Below are positions 28,805-38,136 of a stretch of DNA of 52,238 bases, piece by piece. Origin of the DNA: Saprospiraceae bacterium (GTDB taxonomy: Bacteria; Bacteroidota; Bacteroidia; Chitinophagales; Saprospiraceae); assembly GCA_043752765.1 (NCBI GenBank), contig JAYUXX010000240.1, forward strand, positions 1 through 52,238, read 5' to 3'. The notes below the pieces were generated by a model that was given only the letters and a program-made list of their open reading frames with translations, was not told where the DNA came from and did no database searches. The translations under genes and the position numbers were made by a program. Positions within the stretch are counted from its first letter, which is position 1; every line of letters starts with the position of its first letter.

Positions 28805-30115
28805 ATGTCAATCACGGCCAGCGATTATAAAGAAAATAGCATTCGATTTCAACGAGATCGACTGATGGACCTAATTGGTAATCCGCCGGGTTGGATCCTA
28901 CATTCTGGCATGATTATAATTAGTATAATGCTATGCATACTTGTTTTTCTTGCGTGGTTCATTCGGTTTCCTGATGTTATTTCAGCCCCTGTAGTGATTT
29001 ATTCATCAAGTCCTCCAATTAAAATATATGCCAATCATTCCGGAACAGTTGATAGCATTTATGTAGAAAGTGGTGATACAGTCGTACCAAATCAAATTTT
29101 AATGTATATCGCCAATCCTGCTTTGTTAGAGGATGTGAGTAATTGGTCAGAGTGGGTGGAACAACTTATTAGCTCTACTGATCCCACCGAATTCATAATG
29201 GCCCCGCAAATTAATTTGAAGCTAGGCCATCTTAATAATTTATATACAGGAATTAATCAAAAATATTTTGAATGGCTCAGGATATTGCAGGACCGAACAC
29301 CTGGAGAAAAAATTAGAATTCACCAAGCTGAAATTGAGAATATAAACCAGCTGGTTCAATCTATAGATAAACAAGTCTCCATTTTTGATAATGAATTGAG
29401 TTTGCAGAAAAAAAATGTCATTAGAGACGAAAAACTTTTAAGAGAAGGTGTTTTGAGCGAGGTTGATTTTGAAAAGTCTCAGTATACTTTTTTAGTTTCT
29501 ACACGTCAAAAAGAGTCCTTTACAGCTCTAACCCTTAATCATATGATTACCATAGAGCAATTAGAACATCAAATTATTGAGGCAAAACTTTTACATACAA
29601 ATTTAATAAATCAGGCTTTTATTGCTTTGCAGCAGATGGCTGTTGAAGCTAAGGCATCTATTGTTCAATGGCGACAAGAATTTGTATTAGAATCAAAAAT
29701 TGATGGGCAAGTTATTATTCCTTCAGTTTTTAAAAAACATAATTATATAACTGAAGGGGATAATTTATTTAGTATTATTCCAATTAGTAGTGCTGTATCT
29801 TCTATAGCTCGTGCACGTCTCTCCAATGAAGGACTTGGGAAGGTTAAGAAAGGGGACAGGGTTTTAATCTCCCTGGATGCTTGGCCTTCTAAGCAGTACG
29901 GTAAAATACTAACCCAGGTTGATCTAATTTCTCCAATTTCACTCCCCAACGAAGAACATCAAATTTTTGAATTGATAATGGAAGTCAGTGTACCTCCTGT
30001 AACAACAATGCAAATTTCGCTGCCACTAAAACCAGAAGAATCAGGGAATGGTCGCATAATTACAGAAAATAGACGCATTCTAAGTCGTATACTTCAACAA
30101 TTTATTCAATCTTAA
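28805..30115 (+). CDS. HlyD-family membrane fusion/secretion protein
   Basis: N-terminal TM helix, a long coiled-coil middle and a beta-barrel C-terminus. It starts 4 nt after the ABC gene. Confidence 0.8.
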   Translation: MSITASDYKENSIRFQRDRLMDLIGNPPGWILHSGMIIISIMLCILVFLAWFIRFPDVISAPVVIYSSSPPIKIYANHSGTVDSIYVESGDTVVPNQILMYIANPALLEDVSNWSEWVEQLISSTDPTEFIMAPQINLKLGHLNNLYTGINQKYFEWLRILQDRTPGEKIRIHQAEIENINQLVQSIDKQVSIFDNELSLQKKNVIRDEKLLREGVLSEVDFEKSQYTFLVSTRQKESFTALTLNHMITIEQLEHQIIEAKLLHTNLINQAFIALQQMAVEAKASIVQWRQEFVLESKIDGQVIIPSVFKKHNYITEGDNLFSIIPISSAVSSIARARLSNEGLGKVKKGDRVLISLDAWPSKQYGKILTQVDLISPISLPNEEHQIFELIMEVSVPPVTTMQISLPLKPEESGNGRIITENRRILSRILQQFIQS

Positions 30116-30126
30116 ACCTTATCAGG

Positions 30127-30450
30127 ATGGGAATCATCGAACATGCTCAATTATTGGAGCAGATTCACAATTTAATAAAAAGCAAGAGCACAGGAACTCC
30201 GAGCTCCTTTGCTTCACATCTTAATATTTCAGAAAGAACACTTTATCGTATCATCGAAGAACTGCGTGATCGTGGTGCAGACATTGCATTCAACACGGCT
30301 CGAATGACCTATTATTATAGAAATGATGTCGAAATTAAGCTACAAGTCCGGATTGGAGACTCAGGTTCAAAGGTTAAAGGAGGCCAAGCTAGCATGTTTT
30401 TTGAAAAGGCTTTCAACTACGATTGTTTCTTTCTACCCTTTAATGATTGA
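30127..30450 (+). CDS. Small HTH_11/DeoR-N-type DNA-binding protein
   Basis: FASHLNISERTLYRIIEELRDRGADI matches the HTH_11 helix-turn-helix. No WYL or other C-terminal domain. It starts 11 nt after the hlyD-family stop. Confidence 0.6.
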   Translation: MGIIEHAQLLEQIHNLIKSKSTGTPSSFASHLNISERTLYRIIEELRDRGADIAFNTARMTYYYRNDVEIKLQVRIGDSGSKVKGGQASMFFEKAFNYDCFFLPFND

Positions 30451-30514
30451 TAAAAGGCAGCAAGTTTTAAAGTATACGAATAGATCTTAAGTTATCTTTG
30501 GCTAAAATTATTTC

Positions 30515-30814
30515 ATGGAGACTTTCAAAGTTATCTGCCTTTCAGAGAGAGATTGTTGTAGTGGAAGGCCCGTTGCACAGATTCAAATACTAGAAAATAT
30601 GGTAAAATTTAAAGATCGGACAGAACGGACTTTAAGCTTTAGAAAAGAAACGTGGGAAGAAATTAAAGCAAAAATTATTGTCAGATCTCAATTACCTATT
30701 GAAATAACTAACTTTTTAACTTTTACGGCTTTAGAAAAGGACCAGATAATCAATTATATTAAAGACGAAACCAATATTGATGATAGATTGATATTTTATA
30801 GTAATAAATTTTGA
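30515..30814 (+). CDS. Hypothetical 99-aa protein coupled to the dGTPase gene
   Basis: Its TGA stop (30812-30814) is separated by 1 nt from the ATG of the next gene. No recognisable motif. Confidence 0.5.
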   Translation: METFKVICLSERDCCSGRPVAQIQILENMVKFKDRTERTLSFRKETWEEIKAKIIVRSQLPIEITNFLTFTALEKDQIINYIKDETNIDDRLIFYSNKF

Positions 30815-30815
30815 C

Positions 30816-32300
30816 ATGGATATTGAAAATGAGAGACAAACATGGGGACGTCTGCTTTCTTGTAAAAGGCTAGAAGAGTTAATATCCAGTCAAACAGAAC
30901 TTCATTGTCGTAATGAGTCTAGAAATCCATTTGAACGTGATTGCGATCGAATAACATATTCATATCCATTTAGAAGACTCCAAGATAAGACACAAGTTAT
31001 CCCGCTTCCTGTGACTGATTTTGTTCACACACGCCTAACTCATACTTTAGAGGTTACCACCGTTGGCAGATCTCTAGGACGACTGCTTGAGACTTGGCTT
31101 TTCAATAGAAAGATTATTGAGACGATAAATATTGGAGATATACCAGCAATTCTTAATGCTTCGTGTCTGGCTCATGACATAGGTAATCCACCCTTCGGCC
31201 ATTCTGGTGAAGCCTCAATATCTGAGTATTTTAAATTTGGAAATGGGAAGGATTATTTAATAGAGGAATACGGTGGTGAGGTTGTCGAAATTGGAGAGAA
31301 TGAAAAAGGCCAACCAATTCTTGATTATAAATATAAAGATGATCTCTCGAGAATAAAATGTACTGATCTCAGATATTTTGAAGGTAATGCTAACGGGCTA
31401 AGAATTCTGACAAAGCATAATGATCAAGGATTAAATTTAACAGCAGCGACACTTGGAACTTTTTCCAAATATCCAAGAACATCTTTTATTCCAGGCGAAA
31501 CTGCCTACGAGCGGTGGGATAAGAGTAGAGCTAGTCAAAAGAAATATGGTGTTTTTTACTCAGAACGTGATCAGTTTGAATTAATTGCAAAAGAATTAGG
31601 TCTAATAGAACTTTTTAATGATGGCCAAGCCTTGGCATATGCTCGACACCCTTTAGCTTTCTTATTAGAAGCCGCCGACGATATATGTTATCGTATTATT
31701 GATTTAGAGGATGGCATAAGAATCGGTCGAATTCCTTTTAAAGAAGCTGAATTGATCATGCTACAAATAACTATAATGGATGACAGATATTCTAAAAAGC
31801 AGTACGAAAACCTGAAAGATGATAAAATTAAAATTGCATATTTGAGATCAAAGAGTATAAATTATTTGGTGTTTCAGTGTTTTGAAGTCTTTATTAAAAA
31901 TTACACTGCCATCATAGAAGGCAAATTTGATATGGATCTCCTTAGTCAAATTAAAGATGCAAATGCATATAAAGCTACAAAAGAGATAAGGGAATTAGTT
32001 AAAAAATATATTTATAAATGGGATGAGGTTCTTGCGCTTGAGGCAACGGGATTTGAAGTTCTCTCAGGTTTAATTGGTGAATATATAGAGGCTTCCAATT
32101 TATGTATATCATGTCCTGAGCTTGTTATGAGCTATAGAGCAAAAAAAATATACGACTTATTACCCGATCAATATTGCCATTTAGATGATGACGAAGAACG
32201 CTATTCAAGGTATTTGAAAGTTGCGGATTATACTTCTGGAATGTCTGATAGCTTTGCTCTCAATATTTTCCGTAAAATTAAAGGCATTCAAATCAAGTAG
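30816..32300 (+). CDS. dGTP triphosphohydrolase (Dgt) family HD-domain protein
   Basis: FERDCDRITYSYPFRRLQDKTQV, HTRLTHTLEVTTVGRSLG and LAHDIGNPPFGHSGE are hallmark dGTPase/HD motifs. Confidence 0.85.
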   Translation: MDIENERQTWGRLLSCKRLEELISSQTELHCRNESRNPFERDCDRITYSYPFRRLQDKTQVIPLPVTDFVHTRLTHTLEVTTVGRSLGRLLETWLFNRKIIETINIGDIPAILNASCLAHDIGNPPFGHSGEASISEYFKFGNGKDYLIEEYGGEVVEIGENEKGQPILDYKYKDDLSRIKCTDLRYFEGNANGLRILTKHNDQGLNLTAATLGTFSKYPRTSFIPGETAYERWDKSRASQKKYGVFYSERDQFELIAKELGLIELFNDGQALAYARHPLAFLLEAADDICYRIIDLEDGIRIGRIPFKEAELIMLQITIMDDRYSKKQYENLKDDKIKIAYLRSKSINYLVFQCFEVFIKNYTAIIEGKFDMDLLSQIKDANAYKATKEIRELVKKYIYKWDEVLALEATGFEVLSGLIGEYIEASNLCISCPELVMSYRAKKIYDLLPDQYCHLDDDEERYSRYLKVADYTSGMSDSFALNIFRKIKGIQIK

Positions 32301-32772
32301 AAAAAGTTAAATCCCTATTGGTCGAATTACGTTGATATATACACAGTTTGCATTGTAGCTATGGGAATCAGCTAAAAATGAGAGATCCAAAGATATCAGA
32401 CCAATCAAAATTTATTTCGTTGACTTTGATGTAAACAGAATTTGATTATTTCCTGCATCTACAAAAATGAGCAATAATTACACGGCAAGGAATTATGTTG
32501 ATCTATTTCTGATTTAATTAACCTATTAACTTGTCACTATCAAGGTTGCCAAAGTGCCAGAGTATCAATGCCAATTAATGTAGTGAAGTTGAATTCGTGT
32601 TATAATGGAAATAAGCTTGTTGTAAATTGCAATCGATATCAAAAACTGTAAGTGGATTTCATATAAAAATCCTATGAATTCAGATTGTTGAATAAGTTTC
32701 TTAATAATATCACTGGCATTTAGGAATAATATAGATTTTCTTCCATGCCTGTTATTTTCAATTTCTTAAGAC

Positions 32773-35700
32773 CTACATGAAATTTCTGTAGTCATATGTT
32801 TTTCCCTCAAATCTATTTAACAACCAGCCAATTCTAGCAATTTCATTAGACGTTTGTATTGTGGCTGGTAGTTTAGAATATAAGTCAAAGCTGTTCCAAT
32901 TCATTTTGCTTAAGCCTAGGATCTCAGTTGCAATTGTGCCAATGTTGCTCGCTCCATAATGTTTTTTAATTTTTAAAGGGATCGGTATGTTCTTCCCACC
33001 AAGATAATAGCTTCTATTACTAGCTTTGACTGAGGGAACAATGCCATGAGTCCATAATAATGCTGTTAAACCATTTATAAGGAAGCATGAGCCGCGCGAT
33101 AAAGGAAACATACTCGGCAATAAAACGCCATCTGTTAAATAAAGTGAAATAAATCGTGCGTTATCTTCAAAATTTATTTCAATAAGATCTATATGCTCAA
33201 CTCCTGATTTTTTTAGACTATCAACGATTCCATTGATTTCATTTCTTTTAAAATGAGTTCGTTTGTGAACCACAACTCGTTTAGGGATATCTCCCATAGT
33301 ATTATAAAAGAGTTCTCTAATGAGAGTTCCAAACTTGTAAGCATCCTGGTACGAGAGATAGGGATTATTTTGTTTATCAAAATAACAGTCGTCCACTCTG
33401 GATAACCTATATTTTAACCCTTGGCCTAGTGAATTATAAATATGGCTGCAACCTAAAACTACCTTATTTCTGTCCTTGTACCTACTAACACTATATCCAA
33501 TACCTACAAAAGCTGTGCTTGTCTCTAAACCGTTTAAAACCCAAGGTGTGCGTTGTGCTTTAACATAGAAAGACAGAGAAAGCCACCAATTAACTTGGCA
33601 CGTTTGCATATCAGATAATGTGCTTTCCTGAATAAACTGAGTGGCTATTTGTTTTTGTGCGGCATATGCTTTTATGTAATCATGCAAATCAAATTTTTCA
33701 TGATCATTATCTATATCAGTGATGATGTTTAATTCATCAGGAATGAAAATAACTAGTACAAGTTTTTTACTAACTACTTCTAGTTTGTCGATTGCCCTTT
33801 TAATTTTACTTGTGAAGTCATTAGCAGATTGCATCACATCAGTAATAGGCAAGCTAATAGTAGTATCAAGCCAGAGATCTCTATTTACTTCAGGAACATT
33901 AAATGGAACCCCATAGGCATTTATGAAACCAGGATAATCTAAAAGGTAATCGGGGTTGAAGGCTTCCGCAGATTGAGCCTTGTTTAGTCTATTGAGAAAG
34001 GCATATAATGAATTTTGATGTTTCAATGGACAGATCACTCCTACACAGATTTCAGGTAAAAAAATATTCCCATTCAATAAAAAATCATACGGCTTATGAT
34101 TAATTAACCCCCTCATAGGATGAAAGTCAGTTGTCAATGCACCTGAACGCCTATCAATAAATTCAAGTTCGGGTTCCTTGTATTGAATACCATCATGTAA
34201 AATAAATTTCTTGTTAAAACTATCGGGAATTCGTAATGGATATCCGCCCATCGCTTTGGATAGACGCACATGCATCGTATTAGAGCTCAGTGAAAATTTA
34301 AAACCAGTGCCTGATTTGATCGGGTATTCAAATTGTATATTCTTACCATCAGGAAAAAGTATTCCGGCCCATCTCTCTAGTTGATTATTGAACTTCATAT
34401 TAGGTTGACCTCGAAGCAAAGTTTCATGATAAGCTTTTCCTACCTCAAATCTCAATACTTTAGGAATTTCTACTTTCGATTTAATGTAGAATGTAGGTTT
34501 TATATTAAGGAAAGCATAGGGTCTTCTGGCATAAGCATTGTTATCGAAAAATAATCCGATTTCAATAGCGTCATAAAGTTCATATTGGATTTCATTTTTA
34601 GTATATGTTCCCTTACTATTTGTAAGATATATTTTTTTATAGCCATCAGTTTCTAAATTATAAAGTTGGCAGAATGAATTAATAATTGCCCTTAAGTACA
34701 AACTTTTAAAAATGTTTCTCTTTTCAATTTCATCATATGTTACAGGAGTGCGCTTTATTTCACCTGATAGCCTACCAGAAAATACCTCACGTAGACCAGA
34801 TTGAATTCCGAAAGCATATATCATCCCTTTCAAAGGGACGGCTACAATATTTTTTTCCTTTGTTACATCTTTTATTATAGTCCAAGGTTTTTCTCCTTCT
34901 TTGAAATACGAATCAAATTGAAAAACTTCTGTTGGAAGCGAAATTGGAAATAAGTTACTTTTCAACAGCACATGTGACTGCCGTACATCCATCGAAAAAT
35001 TTGTCTTAACGAATTCATTATCTGGATTATGCTGTAAAAGGATGTTTACGTCATTTTCAAAAACCTCATTCCTGTCGAAGCACGTTTTAGAAATATGTAT
35101 TAGTGTTGTATCAAAGCCTTCAGTTGAAATATAAAATCCTTTTCTGTTATTCGATTCTAGATGCTTCAATAAGTCTTCAATATCGGAATTCATATTGTAG
35201 CCAAATCCACACCAAAACAGCATCCCAGCTCCCTGTTTCGTATAAGCTTCCTTAATTGCATTCATGAGGGACTTGTCCCTACCACTGTATCCCATTATTA
35301 TTAAATGCTTATCATATAAATGTTGTGAAAGAGCATTTATAAATGTTTCATGTTGGGTATCCAGTTCTGGTCCAGTATTTTTTAATGGGCCATATTTAAA
35401 ATCCCCATGTAATGACACAACAAGTAGTTCGTTACTGCTAGAGGCCCTATGAATTCTTTCTGAGGTATCTAAGGACACAGCAACAGGAGTCAGACCTGAC
35501 TGATGTGCAGCTTTCTCAACTAACCCATCGAAATTTGTTGTGAACACAGATTTTACCATGCCAAACTTTGCCAAAAGGCAAATTAACTTGTATCCTAAGT
35601 GTGGCTCTCTATTTCTGCAGATGTTCTCAAAATATTTCCGCCTAGTATCATCAATTGGGTATGCTTTAAGCGCATAAAAAGAATATTCCTCTGAGGCACT

Positions 35701-35961
35701 CTGCTTGGGATAACAACCTTCATTGTCAAGCCATTGTTGCACACTTCGCTGGACGGTTTCAGATTTGTATTCACTGTATTGCTTGGACAGGTTGGGATTT
35801 TTTGTAATGAAAATATTTTTTTTCCATTCCCATATGCAATCAACTGCAGATTGGATACCTGAACTAATAGAAGCACCAGCGCCCAATAAAAGAACGTGTC
35901 CTATATCTGTATTTTCTTTTAACGTTCTTAAAAAGGCGTCATATGGTAATTCATGCCTCAT
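32773..35961 (-). CDS. Single-chain SIR2-APAZ-short prokaryotic Argonaute (MID-PIWI) fusion
   Basis: N-terminal SIR2 motifs VLLLGAGASISSG, FTTNFDGLVEKA and SLHGDF. MID-like 5'-phosphate pocket DYIKAYAAQKQIATQFI. The C-terminal PIWI-like region lacks an obvious DEDX (GIGYS, VHKRT). 1062 aa. Confidence 0.8.
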   Translation of the reverse strand: MRHELPYDAFLRTLKENTDIGHVLLLGAGASISSGIQSAVDCIWEWKKNIFITKNPNLSKQYSEYKSETVQRSVQQWLDNEGCYPKQSASEEYSFYALKAYPIDDTRRKYFENICRNREPHLGYKLICLLAKFGMVKSVFTTNFDGLVEKAAHQSGLTPVAVSLDTSERIHRASSSNELLVVSLHGDFKYGPLKNTGPELDTQHETFINALSQHLYDKHLIIMGYSGRDKSLMNAIKEAYTKQGAGMLFWCGFGYNMNSDIEDLLKHLESNNRKGFYISTEGFDTTLIHISKTCFDRNEVFENDVNILLQHNPDNEFVKTNFSMDVRQSHVLLKSNLFPISLPTEVFQFDSYFKEGEKPWTIIKDVTKEKNIVAVPLKGMIYAFGIQSGLREVFSGRLSGEIKRTPVTYDEIEKRNIFKSLYLRAIINSFCQLYNLETDGYKKIYLTNSKGTYTKNEIQYELYDAIEIGLFFDNNAYARRPYAFLNIKPTFYIKSKVEIPKVLRFEVGKAYHETLLRGQPNMKFNNQLERWAGILFPDGKNIQFEYPIKSGTGFKFSLSSNTMHVRLSKAMGGYPLRIPDSFNKKFILHDGIQYKEPELEFIDRRSGALTTDFHPMRGLINHKPYDFLLNGNIFLPEICVGVICPLKHQNSLYAFLNRLNKAQSAEAFNPDYLLDYPGFINAYGVPFNVPEVNRDLWLDTTISLPITDVMQSANDFTSKIKRAIDKLEVVSKKLVLVIFIPDELNIITDIDNDHEKFDLHDYIKAYAAQKQIATQFIQESTLSDMQTCQVNWWLSLSFYVKAQRTPWVLNGLETSTAFVGIGYSVSRYKDRNKVVLGCSHIYNSLGQGLKYRLSRVDDCYFDKQNNPYLSYQDAYKFGTLIRELFYNTMGDIPKRVVVHKRTHFKRNEINGIVDSLKKSGVEHIDLIEINFEDNARFISLYLTDGVLLPSMFPLSRGSCFLINGLTALLWTHGIVPSVKASNRSYYLGGKNIPIPLKIKKHYGASNIGTIATEILGLSKMNWNSFDLYSKLPATIQTSNEIARIGWLLNRFEGKTYDYRNFM

Positions 35962-36200
35962 ATGTGAATATATTATTTTGGTCCTTTTTAGTGTTGCCCA
36001 GAAAAGGGTTAGAAATATTCTTTAATGCTTATAGTTACTCCCATTTGGATGAAAGATATTTTATAAGCGAAAAGTTAAAATGAATGCAATTAAATTCAAA
36101 ACAATAAAAGGCTAAGGAATTCTGTATCAAATAGTATGATAATAATAATCAAATTTAGTTGATTGACCTTATCTATTTGTTGCTATGATAGTAAGGGAGC

Positions 36201-37490
36201 TTGGCCATCCCATTCCCAAATTCTATCTTCTGTCACATCCATAATACTTTCGAATCCTCGGATAAAAATGTTGAGCCTGAATTACAGGGTTACCCTTTAT
36301 GGAACCATACCTATGTCTATAATAATAGAACAAACCATGAAAACGTAGTTGCAATCCCATTGGTCCAATCTGACACTAGCATAGTTGCCGGGCTTATAGT
36401 AGTGACTTTCCAACCAAGCGGTGTTATAATTAATGGAATTACGAGACAGGAGGTATTTCTAATAGATGAAGGTAATACTAAATCAAAATTGGGCTATGCA
36501 ACAAACATGTATAAATTTGAAGATAATATTTTCGGAGAGGCTTCAGAAGCAATGGAAGAAGCCTGTTGTGAATTGCAGCAAAAGTTTGCAACTGATCCTG
36601 AAACAGGAGTAGTACCATGTGCATGGGTGGAAATAGAACTTTGTTATGATGAGCTTACTAATAGTTCCTGGGTAGGAGGCCTACATAATATACCTCCACA
36701 TCTTGATCACGATTTAGATGGAATCCCCAATGATCAGGATCAGGATTGGTATGAATGGTCTACTCGCTACAATGTTTCTCAACTTGATTTTCAAGATCAT
36801 ATTATTGAATGGTGGGAGGACAACTACGAAAATCAGTACGGAGACTATGAGCTATTTTGGGAAGATCCTGAGGATTGGTATGATGAAAACTCAGTGGCTT
36901 TAAATTTAGATTGGGATGAGTTTTGGGATGATATTGCTGATTTCTTCGATGACCTGTCAGGGGGTTTAGGAGATATTTTTGATGACATAGGAGGTTTTTT
37001 TGGTAATCTTTGGGATGATATTTGGGATGATGGAGGTTATGGATGTTATGATTGGGGTATTGACGCTGAAACTCCCATTGAAAGCAGAACGATAATCTGT
37101 AATTGGTTTTACATTTATGATTGCCCAACATTAACCAATCCATGGTGGACTTTTCATGAGGGGTTTGCTGATGCAGATGTTTTTCGTGATAGAGTTAATG
37201 ATTATTGGCGAATAGAATTAATGGATAAAATTGATTTTTGGGATTTGTACAGTATTGCTCAGGGATGTGATCCTTGGTCAATAGATTTTGAACAGTGCGT
37301 CCAATATAAATACACTTTGGCAAGGAGGACTGCACTTACAAATATTATTAGCTATTATAATATAACTGAATATGATTTAAACCAATTAGATGAATTAACT
37401 TTGGATTGTCATTACACTGGCTTTGAAGATTGCGTTTTGGAAATTTATATGACTCATTTCAATTGGTATTTCGAAGATATAGATGGGTGA
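36201..37490 (+). CDS. Highly acidic Trp/Asp-rich protein, possibly the N-terminal part of a split polymorphic toxin
   Basis: 429-aa ORF from TTG (start uncertain; the first internal Met is about residue 103). Low-complexity WDEFWDDIADFFDDLSGGLGDIFDDIGGFFGNLWDDIWDD. Same frame as the next ORF. Confidence 0.5.
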   Translation: MAIPFPNSIFCHIHNTFESSDKNVEPELQGYPLWNHTYVYNNRTNHENVVAIPLVQSDTSIVAGLIVVTFQPSGVIINGITRQEVFLIDEGNTKSKLGYATNMYKFEDNIFGEASEAMEEACCELQQKFATDPETGVVPCAWVEIELCYDELTNSSWVGGLHNIPPHLDHDLDGIPNDQDQDWYEWSTRYNVSQLDFQDHIIEWWEDNYENQYGDYELFWEDPEDWYDENSVALNLDWDEFWDDIADFFDDLSGGLGDIFDDIGGFFGNLWDDIWDDGGYGCYDWGIDAETPIESRTIICNWFYIYDCPTLTNPWWTFHEGFADADVFRDRVNDYWRIELMDKIDFWDLYSIAQGCDPWSIDFEQCVQYKYTLARRTALTNIISYYNITEYDLNQLDELTLDCHYTGFEDCVLEIYMTHFNWYFEDIDG

Positions 37491-37550
37491 TTAGATTATC
37501 AATCGAATGGAGCCTCATGGGATAACCATAGTCCAATCAGTCCTCAAACA

Positions 37551-38129
37551 TTGCCTACTTTAAGTGCATTCAATAATGGTGTACCCCGTAAGCCAAATAA
37601 TGCTGGATGGTTATATTATGCTGAGAATTTATATCCATTAGCGGGGGGCGATGTCGAAGCTGAATGGATTAATGATCAGGCAAATGGTGGCCAAAATCCC
37701 ACTGATAATACATGTGCTTTAAGAATATCGATTGCACTAAATTCCAGTGGAGTGACAATTCCCTACATATGGAGTGATGATGATTCAGATGGTATTAAAG
37801 ATAGTAATGAATCAGACATAACCGTTGAAGGAGATAACGGCAAATATTACTTTTTAAGAGCAGAGTTTTTAGTTAAATATTGTCTTGAAGTTTTTCCGAC
37901 ACCTGATATACATGTGGAACGTCAAGATGTACTTAATGGTGCTACACCGACGAACTCTTTAAGAGAAGTCCATGGACTTTATCTTATGGTGCCTTTTGAA
38001 GGTTCAAATTTGGGAGCATCAGGACATTGTGATTTTTATTATTATTCACCCTCTTTAGGATATTACAAAACTGTTTCTGGTATGAAATGGCAGCACATCG
38101 GTGATTTATACTTTTGGATCTTAGAATAA
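37551..38129 (+). CDS. Tae4-family peptidoglycan amidase toxin domain
   Basis: DNTCALRISIALNSSGVTIP (catalytic Cys), KYYFLRAEFLVKY, ASGHCDFY (His) and C-terminal LYFWILE parallel my recollection of Salmonella Tae4 (NACPIRMSYVLN, KFYIYRVND, GHVTLW, LWILP). No ATG start; open in frame back to the TGA at 37488. Confidence 0.8.
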   Translation: MPTLSAFNNGVPRKPNNAGWLYYAENLYPLAGGDVEAEWINDQANGGQNPTDNTCALRISIALNSSGVTIPYIWSDDDSDGIKDSNESDITVEGDNGKYYFLRAEFLVKYCLEVFPTPDIHVERQDVLNGATPTNSLREVHGLYLMVPFEGSNLGASGHCDFYYYSPSLGYYKTVSGMKWQHIGDLYFWILE

Positions 38130-38136
38130 TTGTCTT

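Noticed and set aside
32301-32772. The 470-bp gap between the convergent dGTPase and pAgo genes as a hidden small gene or structured RNA
   Set aside because: Only very short ORFs (for example an 18-aa one). I could find no convincing stems, repeats or terminator structures by eye.
33719-36025. Track ORFs 33719-33916 (+), 35264-35452 (+), 35595-35876 (-), 35723-36025 (+)
   Set aside because: They are nested in or antisense to the 1062-aa SIR2-APAZ-pAgo ORF, whose motifs span the whole length.
37488-37490. Genome-wide TGA reassignment (genetic code 4 or 25) as the explanation for the in-frame TGA between the acidic ORF and the Tae4 domain
   Set aside because: Well-supported genes in the window terminate at TGA, for example 10351-10353 and 30812-30814 (the latter immediately followed by the next gene's ATG). 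The standard code is therefore in use, and local nonsense mutation or readthrough remains the explanation.
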